DNA from: Veleropilina oligotropha
Lineage: Eukaryota
DNA length: 64,000 bases
NCBI GenBank assembly: GCA_048128005.1
Contig: JBEUKZ010000064.1
Span: 1 to 64,000 of the forward strand
Direction: 5' to 3'
Positions 40,470-53,600 of the stretch are shown here, piece by piece (the stretch's first letter is position 1; every line of letters begins with the position of its first letter). Under the pieces are notes generated by a model. The model did no database searches and was not told the DNA's origin. It was given only the letters and a program-made list of their open reading frames with translations. The position numbers and the translations under genes were made by a program.

Positions 40470-41046
40470 GAGTGTGGCTCTCCATTAGTTCGCCACCCGA
40501 TGGTGTACTGGAGTAGAGTGTGGCTCTCCATTATTTCGCCACACGATGGTGTACTGGAGTAGAGTGTGGATCTCCATTATTTCTCCACCCGATGGTGTAC
40601 TGGAGTAGTGTGGCTCTCCATTATATCACCACCCGATGGTGTACTGGAGTAGAGTGTGGCTCTCCATTATTTAGCCACCCGATGGTGTACTGGAGTAGAG
40701 TGTGGCTCTCCATTATTTCGCCACCAGATGGTGTACTGGAGTGGAGTGTGGCTCTCCAGTATTTCGCCACCTGATGGTTTAATGGATTAGAGTGTGGCTC
40801 TCCATTATTTCGCCACCCGATGGTGTACTGGAGTATAGTGTGGCTCTCCATTATTTCGCCACCCGATGGTGTACTGGAGTAGAGTGTGGCTCTCCATTAT
40901 TTCGCCACCCGATGGTGTACTGGAGTAGAGTGTGGCTCATCCATTATTTCGCCACCCGATGGTGTACTGGAGTAGAGTGTGGCTCGCCATTATTTCGCCA
41001 CCCGATGGTGTACTGAAGTAGAGTGTTGGTCTCCATTATTTCGCCT
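40470..41046. repeat. 46-bp minisatellite, ~12.5 copies
   Basis: Unit agagtgtggctctccattatttcgccacccgatggtgtactggagt. Confidence 0.95.
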
Positions 41047-41072
41047 GACTCCTCTGTTTAACAGGGGTGGGT

Positions 41073-41802
41073 AACCTACTTGTAGATCGAATTTATATCC
41101 GAATTCTTTTTTACCAACAGCTTTAAAAGAAAGGAACTTGCTACCCATAAATATAAGAGAAAATCAATCAATCTCGGCGGTCCAATATTTCTTGAATATT
41201 AACACCCCCAAGTTTAATAAATATTATTATTACGGTGATAGATTAGCTCAAGTCTTGCACGCGATATTAAGGCTGAGTTGTAGCTCATTAAATTATCACT
41301 TATTTCAAAACCACGTACTAGTATCTGAAACAGATTTATGTGAATGCGGTCAAATTGAAACATGTTGTCATTATTTGTTTGAATGTATAAGATACTCCGA
41401 CGTAAGGAGTAACACCATTGGTCTGTTGGATGCCAACTTGACGTATCAAGTGTTGCTAGAGTGTAGTCCCTTGGTCACAGATGATGAAAACATGGTGAGA
41501 TATACCGCGCAGTTCACCAATTTATATTAGGTAGTAAGAGATTTACTTAGACTTGCATATTGTTAAACGAAAGTACACTGCAAATACTGTATTTTAATAT
41601 CTCTGTTACTCTGTTGCCTGCAAAGTAGAATCAAACTATTATGTTGTAAATTTAAAGATCCAACACATTTACCAATTGTATATTGAACTATATATCAGGG
41701 AGATGGCTTAATATACGTTAACCTACTTGTTGCGAAATCTCGTAATCCATATTGATGTAAATTATTGTGTATATAGTTATCAAAATAAATACTGTTTAAA
41801 CC
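41073..41802 (+). mobile_element. 5'-truncated LINE (CR1-group, Cys/His-rich C-terminus) with TSD
   Basis: ORF 41138-41530 LRLSCSSLNYHLF...CECGQIETCCHYLFEC; aataaa near 41784; 13-bp TSD AACAGGGGTGGGT at 41060-41072 and 41803-41815. Confidence 0.85.
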
Positions 41803-42442
41803 AACAGGGGTGGGTTAAAACCTCGGCGTGGCGCTACGTTCAATTTACATTCACCGCTGTTCATAATGTGTTGCAGCAAAACGCCAAACAACACAAATGC
41901 AGTTGTCCTATTTTATAACTCAAATAATCGAACTAACCACCAAAACATGTTTGTTTGTTGAAAAATAACTCAATATGTGCATCATAATTATCTCTTTGTT
42001 ACAATAAATGTCGACCTAAAATACGATCATTGGCTATGCATATCTCTGTTTTCGTTCCAAAATTTCTTGTGCGATATCATTCCGGTTAAGCTGTATAGAC
42101 AAATTTTCACATTACTTTTAGGACCCTCTTCGCAATAACAATAATTGGACCCTTGTATATGTACCGGTATGCTTGAAACATGTTTCCCGTTATGTAACAA
42201 GCATGTTTCTAATACTTACCAAATGTTAATAGGTATTTGGGAGAGTAAGTGTGCAACTTAACGAAAATTTAATGTTTGCTAAACAATTAAATTTGTTCAT
42301 GGTTGCATGTTAACCTTCTTCAGAAGGATCATCTTATTTTCGATCCTTGTATAATATTTATTGTATTTAGGCCTATTCCAAAAGAGGTGTTTGCATGCAA
42401 TGAAATACGGTCCCGAAGTTAATCAACTATGATCCTGGGTTC

Positions 42443-42568
42443 ACAATGGATTATAAGTATACAATGGATTATAAGTATACAATGGATTATAAGTATACAA
42501 TGGATTATAAGTATACAATGGATTATAAGTATACAATGGATTATAAGCATACAATGGATTATAAGTAT
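42443..42568. repeat. 18-bp minisatellite, 7 copies
   Basis: Unit acaatggattataagtat. Confidence 0.95.
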
Positions 42569-42724
42569 CTATTTTACAATGACACAGAGTTGCGATCAAT
42601 ATCTTCAACCATTGCAAATTAGGTATTTACAGTCAATTGCCCCTTACCTTTGCTTTGTAATATTGACCGCTGGTCTGTGGTCGAATTGGTGACGATACCG
42701 AAAAGTGCCCGCATATTGGTTGGC

Positions 42725-45700
42725 AACTTTGTTTTACGACCACTTTTGGCAATTTGTATGTATGCTGTATCGCAGTGGAGACACCCGGTTTAAGGCACCA
42801 ATACGATGTATGCTGTATCGCAGTGGAGACACCCGGTTTACGGCATCACTACGATGTATGCTGTATCGCAGTGGAGACACCCGGTTTATGGCATCACTAC
42901 GATGTATGCTGTATCGCAGTGGAGACACCCGGTTTAAGGCACCAATACGATGTATGCTGTATCGCAGTGGAGACACCCGGTTTACGGCATCACTACGATG
43001 TATGCTGTATCGCAGTGGAGACACCCGGTTTATGGCATCACTACGATGTATGCTGTATCGCAGTGGAGACACCCGGTTTATGGCATCACTACGATGTATG
43101 CTGTATCGCAGTGGAGACACCCGGTTTACGGCATCACTACGATGCATGCTGTATCGCAGTGGAGACACCCGGTTTACGGCATCACTACGATGTATGCTGT
43201 ATCGCAGTGGAGACACCCGGTTTATGGCATCACTACGATGTATGCTGTATCGCAGTGGAGACACCCGGTTTATGGCATCACTACGATGTATGCTGTATCG
43301 CAGTGGAGACACCCGGTTTAAGGCATCACTACGATGCATGCTGCATCGCAGTGGAGACACCCGGTTTATGGCATCACTACGATGTATGCTGTATCGCAGT
43401 GGAGACACCCGGTTTACGGCATCACTACGATGTATGCTGTATCGCAGTGGAGACACCCGGTTTAAGGCATCACTACGATGTATGCTGCATCGCAGTGGAG
43501 ACACCCGGTTTATGGCATCACTACGATGCATGCTGTATCGCAGTGGAGACACCCGGTTTAAGGCATCACTACGATGCATGCTGCATCGCAGTGGAGACAC
43601 CCGGTTTAAGGCATCACTACGATGTATGCTGTATCGCAGTGGAGTCACCCGGTTTATGGCATCACTACGATGTATGCTGTATCGCAGTGGAGACACCCGG
43701 TTTATGGCATCACTACGATGCATGCTGTATCGCAGTGGAGACACCCGGTTTAAGGCATCACTACGATGTATGCTGTATCGCAGTGGAGTCACCCGGTTTA
43801 TGGCATCACTACGATGTATGCTGTATCGCAGTGGAGACACCCGGTTTATGGCATCACTACGATGCATGCTGTATCGCAGTGGAGACACCCGGTTTAAGGC
43901 ATCACTACGATGTATGCTGTATCGCAGTGGAGACACCCGGTTTATGGCATCACTACGATGTATGCTGTATCGCAGTGGAGACACCCGGTTTATGGCATCA
44001 CTACGATGCATGCTGTATCGCAGTGGAGACATCCGGTTTAAGGCATCACTACGATGTATGATGTATCGCAGTGGAGACACCCGGTTTAAGGCATCACTAC
44101 GATGTATGCTGTATCGCAGTGGAGACACCCGGTTTAAGGCATCACTACGATGCATGCTGCATCGCAGTGGAGACACCCGGTTTATGGCATCACTACGATG
44201 CATGCTGTATCGCAGTGGAGACACCCGGTTTAAGGCATCACTACGATGTATGCTGTATCGCAGTGGAGACACCCGGTTTAAGGCATCACTACGATGCATG
44301 CTGCATCGCAGTGGAGACACCCGGTTTATGGCATCACTACGATGCATGCTGTATCGCAGTCGAGACGCCCGGTTTATGGCATCACTACGATGCATGCTGT
44401 ATCGCAGTGGAGACACCCGGTTTATGGCATCACTACGATGCATGCTGTATCGCAGTGGAGACACCCGGTTTAAGGCATCACTACGATGCATGCTGTATCG
44501 CAGTGGAGACACCCGGTTTAAGGCATCACTACGATGCATGCTGTATCGCAGTGGAGACACCCGGTTTATGGCATCACTACGATGCATGCTGTATCGCAGT
44601 GGAGACACCCGGTTTATGGCATCACTACGATGCATGCTGTATCGCAGTGGAGACACCCGGTTTATGGCATCACTACGATGCATGCTGTATCGCAGTGGAG
44701 ACACCCGGTTTATGGCATCACTACGATGCATGCTGTATCGCAGTGGAGAGACCCGGTTTAAGGCATCACTACGATGCATGCTGTATCGCAGTGGAGACAC
44801 CCGGTTTAAGGCATCACTACGATGCATGCTGTATCGCAGTGGAGACACCCGGTTTATGGCATCACTACGATGCATGCTGTATCGCAGTGGAGACACCCGG
44901 TTTATGGCATCACTACGATGCATGCTGTATCGCAGTGGAGACACCCGGTTTATGGCATCACTACGATGTATGCTGTATCGCAGTGGAGACACCCGGTTTA
45001 AGGCATCACTACGATGCATGCTGTATCGCAGTGGAGACACCCGGTTTAAGGCATCACTACGATGCATGCTGTATCGCAGTGGAGACACCCGGTTTAAGGC
45101 ATCAGTACGATGTATGCTGTATCGCAGTGGAGACACCCGGTTTAAGGCATCACTACGATGTATGCTGTATCGCAGTGGAGACACCCGGTTTAAGGCATCA
45201 CTACGATGTATGCTGTATCGCAGTGGAGACACCCGGTTTAAGGCATCACTACGATGTATGCTGTATCGCAGTGGAGACACCCGGTTTAAGGCATCACTAC
45301 GATGTATGATGTATCGCAGTGGAGACACCCGGTTTAAGGCATCACTACGATGTATGCTGTATCGCAGTGGAGACACCCGGTTTAAGGCATCACTACGATG
45401 TATGCTGTATCGCAGTGCAGACACCCGGTTTAAGGCATCACTACGATGTATGCTGTATCGCAGTGGAGACACCCGGTTTAAGGCATCACTACGATGTATG
45501 CTGTATCGCAGTGGAGACACCCGGTTTAAGGCATCACTACGATGCATGCTGTATCGCAGTGGAGACACCCGGTTTATGGCATCACTACGATGCATGCTGT
45601 ATCGCAGTGGAGACACCCGGTTTATGGCATCACTACGATGCATGCTGTATCGCAGTGGAGACACCCGGTTTATGGCATCACTACGATGCATGCTGTATCG

Positions 45701-46172
45701 CAGTGGAGACACCCGGTTTAAGGCATCACTACGATGCATGCTGTATCGCAGTGGAGACACCCGGTTTAAGGCATCACTACGATGCATGCTGCATCGCAGT
45801 GCAGACACCCCGGTTTAAGGCATCACTACGATGCATGCTGTATCGCAGTGGAGACACCCGGTTTAAGGCATCACTACGATGCATGCTGCATCGCAGTGGA
45901 GACACCGGGTTTAAGGCATCACTACGATGTATGCTGTATCGCAGTGGAGACACCCGGTTTAAGGCATCACTACGATGCATGCTGTATCGCAGTGGAGACA
46001 CCCGGTTTAAGGCATCACTACGATGTATGCTGTATCGCAGTGGAGACACCCGGTTTAAGGCATCACTACGATGTATATAAGGGGTAGAATGAGCCGCCGC
46101 TGGTCTCGAACTTTGGACAAACTAATAGCTTCAGTTGAGTACAAACGCGCTAATCATAACCGCTCTGTCCGG
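42725..46172 (-). mobile_element. V-SINE-like element internally expanded by a 48-bp minisatellite
   Basis: Minus-strand head with AGTTCGAGACC B box (~46101-46111) and tail AAAAGTGGTCGTAAAAC (~42731-42747) bracket the array. Confidence 0.6.
42760..46075. repeat. 48-bp minisatellite, ~69 copies
   Basis: Unit gyatgctgtatcgcagtggagacacccggtttawggcatcactacgat; very homogeneous. Confidence 0.98.
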
Positions 46173-47379
46173 ATGATGCAGATAAAATTGTACATGTACT
46201 GTTCATTATAATCAATATATCGTTATGCTTTTCGTCGATTTAAAGCAATAATTGGCGTTATATTAATATTCACCGTTAATAATTGTTATATTAACTCCAT
46301 TTAGTGTGGAAGACTTTCTGTGTCCAGACGACTGGACATCATTACTCATTACACCAAACCATTTATTTGCATTAACGTTCAATCACCCAAATGGTCATTT
46401 TCTCAGGTGATTATTCCGCGTATCGTCGCATTGCTCCCAGGTACACTCATAATCACTCAAGGTAATTTCTTAAAATATTGATCGTCAGCTGTTTTAATGA
46501 GCGACATTAAGTATTTAAGCAGGAAAATATCCGACCGATGATGGATGACTGATATATCAAACAGACTAATATTACTTCGCGACGATTGCGCATGGGCAGT
46601 CCCACATATTATCCGTCACTCCGAGACTTATTCGCAAACGACTTGTCGGTAACACGCAGTAATAGATGATATATCGTACCTCGTCAATAATTATGCGTCC
46701 CGGACTAGTTTTGTTCTGCACCATAAACCCGTGGGTCGATTGCACTAATGCTGGTTTTAATATTTTTTTCAATTAACAAACCTTTAATTCCGTTGCTTGG
46801 GAAAACAGATCCAATATTTACGCATGATTCATCAAATGGACACCCTTTGTCGCCATCGCCTTTGTGTTACACCTTATCATTCCATATCGACGAATGTCAC
46901 CCGCTTTAGTTTACCTCGACTGTCTTCCGGCATGCAGGAAATGGTGTAACGATTTTAAATGAAGGTGATTCGGGTCGAACGATAAACCTTTATTCAGCAA
47001 ATACAAAGTGCGTTTTGTATTAACAAATTTCTAGAATAAACATTACATTGTACCGTTCTACGTTTGTTAAGCTATCGAAAATCAATGTTATACTACTGAA
47101 TGCCAGGTTACATGTGCCATTAAGTGTTGCATCAATTATGATTATGCAGTCCACTTGGACTTGCGAAATACAACTCATTAGAATTGAAAAGATTATTAAT
47201 AATAATACAGGCCTATTGGCGACATATTTACCATTAAGACAGCGGCTTCTAAACAGACATCAAGAAAAAGCTTCTTACACCAAGCTTAATGGTAGAGTCT
47301 GTCATATAATGCATTTTTAAAAGTATTTACACGGTAAATCATTATGTTTAATGAACAAAGAATAATATATTTAGAAGAA

Positions 47380-47500
47380 CACGCATCCGTGCGACGCTAA
47401 CGGTCTGGCAGATTGAATAATACGCATCCGTGGGACGTTAACGGTCTGGCAGATTGAATAATACGCATCCTTGGGACGCTAACGTTCAGGCAGATTGGAT
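47380..47500. repeat. ~41-bp tandem repeat, 3 copies
   Basis: acgcatccgtgggacgctaacggtctggcagattgaataat-like units. Confidence 0.85.
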
Positions 47501-47523
47501 ATTGTGCAACGCAACTTCGTAGC

Positions 47524-47678
47524 ATGAAGAAGCATGCTCACTTCGCACCATCTTTACCAATACTGCGAGAGGACGCCTCTATCTCATCTGTCGCATTGCT
47601 GATGTATTCCACTGAAAGAATTGCGAAGAGTAAAGATTCGGAAGGTCAACAGTCACCACAGCTATCATCGGATTCAAG
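47524..47678 (+). CDS. Weaker candidate first exon F (MKKHAHFAPSLPILREDASISSVALLMYSTERIAKSKDSEGQQSPQLSSDS-R/S)
   Basis: agcATG, 51 open codons + 2 nt, AAG|GTTTAA donor (weak) in phase 2, followed by an abrupt AT-rich stretch. Confidence 0.45.
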
Positions 47679-49685
47679 GTTTAAACTTTTATTTTATATT
47701 TAAAATAATTTACACTGGTTAATGTTTCACTCTCATATAGTTAACTCATTTTGTTGTTTTATTCGTGATACGGTTTAGTTCGTATACTATACTATAAAAA
47801 AATTAGTAAGTCTTTTATGCCACCGGCGAGACAGTAATATATTATAGGCAATGTATCGATTGTGAATTACCTTGCCATTGACAACATTATCCCAGTAGGA
47901 GGTACAAATACGTGCAATATTAAAGGTATCACGTTTCGTAACCACAAGCATTTGGTAGATCCAAGGATATGCAGGGTTTTGCAACCAAAATATAAAATAT
48001 TAACATCCACGTGTCATATGCAATACTAATACATGCTATGTATGGAAATCTCAATAAACACATACAATAAAGAATCACAGTTAATATGACGGATTTATTA
48101 GGTTACCAAAAGCATATGGGGTGTATCTGTTTTTGACATGTTTGAAATTAACGAAGTTTGATATGGTTATCAAGAATCCATATTCAGCCCCTGATTGATG
48201 GCGATGATGCGGATGCCAGTTTTATAGCTGCGTAATTAAGCCACTTGACAATGTCGGGATTCGTCGACAAATGTACAAGTGCGCGCAATTGATCAGATTT
48301 CAATTTTCCATTTTCACTGCGTTATTGTCCAATCAGCAAACAATTGATTATTTCCTGGCTACATTTTCTTTTTAATATTGGAGTGTGATAAATGTTAACT
48401 AAATTCTCTAACAGCCGATGGCCAATCAAGTGATGCTATATTGTAGTTTGAAAGACGAAAACCTCCTTTTAAAATGTAGTGGTACTTATGCATTTTGTAT
48501 TTAATTAACTGCATACCGTGCGTCTCCGATTGGCAATTATCTTGAGCGTGTTGCAGAGAACATAAAACAGTTACCACCCACTTCCACTGATGCGGCCTGT
48601 GGGTTGTGGGGTACTTCGGTGTAGGCGCGTTTGACACAGTAGTCCTTTCCGTTCGCCCGGTGCTTGCTCGTTACATGGTGGGCCTTGGGAAGTTCACCCA
48701 CACCCAGTATAGCAATTAACCGACCTGGAGAAACACATCACATATACGGAAACTGTGTTAATGATGTCTTTATTTGAAGTTTCGTTTCTGGTGAATCTAT
48801 ATTGACAAATTGTTCATGCTGATTTGTCAAATATAAAACCCAATAAAGGTTTTAACAAGGGATGTCATCGGTACTGGTTGCCTGAACTGATGGAACCGTA
48901 ATCATTATTTTAACTAATATATTGTCCAATATAATAAGAAATGTAAATGAAGCAATTTCTCACAATATCTCTGGTCACTTTGAAAGTAAAGGTAAGATTA
49001 ACCAGTTCCAATGTTGGGAGCATTTCATTGTCATTGTGTGACCCTGGTCAACGTGACAACGAAAATATTAATGATGTCATACGTGGACTGAACCCTCGTC
49101 TTTAATTTGCTGTCTTGGCAAACGTCCCATCTGTTTATTGTCATGCATGTATATACATCAATGTGCTATTCTCAATAATTAGAAATTTCAAACATGTCAT
49201 ATGGTTATCAATATCTTAACTAAAAGTGCCACAATTCGGAGTGCATAATACCATCGTAAATAATATATGTAGTTGCAATTTCGATTTTCTGAAATACAAT
49301 ATACTATTAAAGATATATACAGTAGTTCCATTATATGAATTCAGTGAAATATCTCTATATAAACTTTAATTAACATTGAAAAGAAATTAATTTGGCAGAA
49401 ATTGATAGCCAATAATATCGAGGCGGTAACCGTACACCAATGCAGTTAATCACGATACATCGTCAGAATGCAAGACCACGAAATATCGTCACTATGCCAG
49501 GGTTGTGTTACAAATTACTCAAGACGTTTACCTTCTATAAAGTAGGTACAAGAAAGCTTCCCATCTAATTATATAGATGAGTTGACATTAATTTAAAAGA
49601 AGTCACGGACCTTGGCAGATACTGTTTTGTAGAGGTATCTGCTGGACTCGCCGCGTTCTCCTATTTATCCATTTGTATTGTTGCA

Positions 49686-50011
49686 ATGAGTAGAAGAGCT
49701 TCGATATCTGTGGCAAAACTGTCCCCCAAACCCCACACGGAGCACCATCGGTCACGTCGGGTTTCGCTCAAAGATGGAACCCTAACATTTGGTGGAATCG
49801 CGAAGAAGGCAGGATCCGATATCAGAACATTGTCGTACTATAGAACTGTTCGTCATTATCCCCATTTTCGCGATGCCGATGACGAAATAAACGTCAGCTT
49901 TTCGAAGAGTTATTTCGATGGCGTCGCCATGGTTGACAGTCGGCCATCATCGCGGTCCGACCAGTTGCGCAGAAGTCCGCCCGCGATCGGCGACTACCCT
50001 GATATGGACAG
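49686..50011 (+). CDS. Candidate alternative first coding exon G (MSRRASISVAKLSPK...GDYPDMD-R/S, 108 codons)
   Basis: gcaATG, longest non-repeat plus-strand ORF, CpG-rich, CAG|GTAAAA donor in phase 2. Confidence 0.7.
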
Positions 50012-50675
50012 GTAAAATTTATAGATAATACATTCGCAAAGTGTCCGAATCGGCGCCATGCACGCAATATAATATATACTGCGTAGTTGTGTCCTAAACT
50101 GAAAAAATCTCTTTCTTCGTTTGACATATTTGAAGCAAGTTTTATGCTTGTTTTCTTACATTTAAGGCTTTACTCTGTAGCTATATATATATGCACATTG
50201 GTTTTTAAATCAACTATGTGCACATCTTTAGTGCTTGTGTGTGCAATATATCATTGAAATATCACAATTGAAGAATACAACATCTTCCGCAATATAGTTT
50301 AAATCCTGCATTCTACTATCTTATAAAATTATTCAGAAAATAATCGATAATTTGCTCACCTGTACAGCATTGTGAAACATTTAATGTTCCTTTGATGTGG
50401 GCGAATATCTAGAACAGGAAATGCGTTTGTCTTGCTGCTTTTCTTTGAGTGCGTCATTTGCAGGAATTTTCTCTTGTTAAATCGATGCATCTTTACTTCA
50501 ACATCGCTATTCCATGCTAGTCACATTTCTAGATATTAATTACTGGTGGCATTTTATATTTTAACATCAAATAGTGACTCTTGCTTTATCAGTTCTTCTT
50601 GATGTCGTATTTAATGGAAATCTTTTGATGCATTGCCATTAATAACATTTTCAGTACCAATTCTGTTAAACCTAT

Positions 50676-53600
50676 TAGTGTAGGCCCTTATGTCATAAAA
50701 TGGACTTTCGTGTATTTTGTTTTTTAAAAGTGATTTATCACTTGATTATGCTTTAAAATAATATAGGGAAGAAGTAAAAATAGGGCTGCATTTTTTGGAG
50801 ACCCCTAACAGGTAGTAATATGACGTAATCCAAGATGGCCGCCATGGAACAGTGAAAATATTTTTTGGTTCATATCTTTGGCACCAGATTAGATAGATAC
50901 ATCAATAATATGTCTCTTTATATGTATGCGGACACTAGAAAGTCCATTCTGCCATATTTCTTTAAAAACATTGCAAACAAATGAAGTTTACGGGCAATCA
51001 TGTGTTCCAAAATTAACGAAATCCAAGATGGCCATCATCGAATAGTGAAAATAATATTGATCTCATATATTTGCAGACAGATAAGATAGATACATGAATA
51101 ATATGTCGTTTTATATGTTTTCTTATTATAGGAAGGCAATTCTGTCATTTATTTTCAAAATAGCACAACCAAATCAAGTTGGCAGGCATATATATGCTAC
51201 GTGTGAAAATGGGACTGCGTCCAAACTGAAATCATATAAACATATTTTCTGTCCTATTTCCATCAGCTCTTTTTCGCTTAACTTGTAAATACTTTTAATT
51301 ATCACAACATGAGCCAGGTAGGATAGGGACATTAATAATGTTTGTTTTGTATGTTTTTTGACACGAGGATGCCAATTGTGCATTTTTCTTTCCGAAAAAT
51401 CAAAATGGCTGATATATAGGTGTCAAAACGGAGATCCTCCAAAGTTAATTATATTTCCGGCTTTGGTTCAGTATATTTATATTTTCCATGTATTAGTGCT
51501 AATCACCAAAGAATATATCAACAATGTTAAGTGTTTACTATGCACCATTAAAACCAAGAATATATCATCACTTCTTGCTAATCAGTTTGCGTACGTCGTA
51601 CTAGCATCTGTATACCAGGAAAGAGTCTTCGTGTTCGTTGAACACCACAATGAGTTTGAAAGCATTATTCATGATTTGGGAAACCATCCACCCTGTGATT
51701 TCATGAGGTTGTGTTTCATTGTCATTATCATTACTGCCCTATTCATTCGCAAATTCGTATAGTGATTTTGAACACTCTGGTATAATAAGGAAAATATTAT
51801 TAAGTGCCTTCTAATTTTCAGTTATTCCTACAATGTTCTTGCTCAATTCATGATCAGGATGTTATTGATGCCTGCCACAGCTTTCATCTCCCCAGAAGTT
51901 CCTTTCATGAATTATTTCCAAAAACTTCCCAAAGCAGCCTTGCTGTTTCCTTCATTTATGTCGCTGCGATATGCCTTTTCCAGAGGAACGGATGACAGTT
52001 TCTGGGATGCCTTCTCTTCGGATTCCGTCATGAAGAAACTATACAGATTGTATAGACCAATGAGGATAGCCATGTTCCCTGAGTGATCTACATATATACA
52101 TATTACATATATATATATATATATATATTATATATGCTTGCCAATGGCATTCAAAATTTGAGTTACGGTTGTTGATGAGTGCAATTTAGCCTCCAACCAT
52201 ACCAGGCCTATTCAATTTCACACCCATCCATGCACTCATTCAGCGCTGCTAAAGCCCAAAACACTATATTCAAGTTCCAGGCTGGAATAGAAACGGCTCT
52301 CTGATGTCCCTGCGTTCGACCAACAGCTTCATAATCAGTTCAAACAACTGCAAACCTTTTGAACACGAGTTGTGATGCCATGTATACAGTATGCAACTCA
52401 GTGTGGGTGGTCGGATTAATGGAGGATCAGAAGCAACATTGATCCTGTCACTCCTATGGTTGATGGATGATAGCAAGAAATTGAAGACCACTCGTGATAT
52501 TTGTACATTTAGTTTAATGTTGTTGTATTCATCTTCATCAAAGTTCATGCAACCAGTTATCCAAGCTATAGATGTTTTCTTATTCAGGCCTATGGCCGGT
52601 TTTAATGTGCTCAATATGCAATCTCTCATTCGTTCCATTGTAAAGTTAAATTAGCCTTTCAAAGATGAATCAGGATACTTGGCGGCATCATTGGCGAAAA
52701 AATAATATATAGCTACCACAAAAGGGTCTATTCCAGAACGTCGATGTTGTCTAATTCACACCAGACTAACCTGTCATGTACCAACCACAGTGGCAGACAA
52801 TTGCATCCCACTAACGGAATTTGCTTCTACGCGATATTTGTAATGCCTGTTTCAATTCTAAGCCTTTGATATAGGTGATGTTCGATCTAGATCTGCAAGT
52901 TTACATGGAAGTAATTTAGATCTTGTATTTTTTATATATCAAGGTCATAATTAAGTGAGTTCCAAAGTGCCGTTGTTGCTGTGGCTGTGGTAACGTACAA
53001 TACTTGCCTGTCGGATTTGAAACCTGTCACAAAGTGGTTCACCAAAATTTATGCGCTTTGATTAATGGTGTTCATTCTTTGCTGATAGTCTACTGAAATG
53101 AACATCGAGGATCGGGTGTTTTAGCTACATCTTATTCCGAGGATTGTCGGGTAGGGGAAACTAAAAGTTTACATATTTTGATGAATATCATTGATCACAA
53201 CACTTTTAGTAATATTGTTCAATTCAGTTTCTATTTCAATTATTGTCTAGATCTTGGTTAGCCTTAATTAATTAAACATGGTAAATGATATTTCAGATAC
53301 TCGATTTGCGATCTCAATGGAGCAGAAGAACGTTACAACACTGTTCAATATCACATTAAGACAACTACTACTTGTTTCATTACCCGCTTTTTATCTGGGC
53401 ACCCATGTGCTCCGTGGAAACATACTTGAGTTGAATTTCAACGTTTTCTGGACAGATCACACATTTTCTTTACCAAAATACTGATATTTTGCGTCTTTTC
53501 TGCAGAAAAACCATGAAGACTGCTATTAAATTTTATTCAAACATACGCTGACTCATACTCTTGCCATTTATCACATGTCTTGGTCATTTTCACATTGTGC

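Noticed and set aside
37290..41046. 56-bp and 46-bp arrays as CRISPR or coding repeats
   Set aside because: Head-to-tail units with no spacers; lengths not multiples of 3.
42705..46087. 1037-aa and 1024-aa ORFs on opposite strands
   Set aside because: By-product of a 48-bp (multiple of 3) repeat lacking stops in several frames; no unique domain, near-cognate GTG start, and the unit appears SINE-derived.
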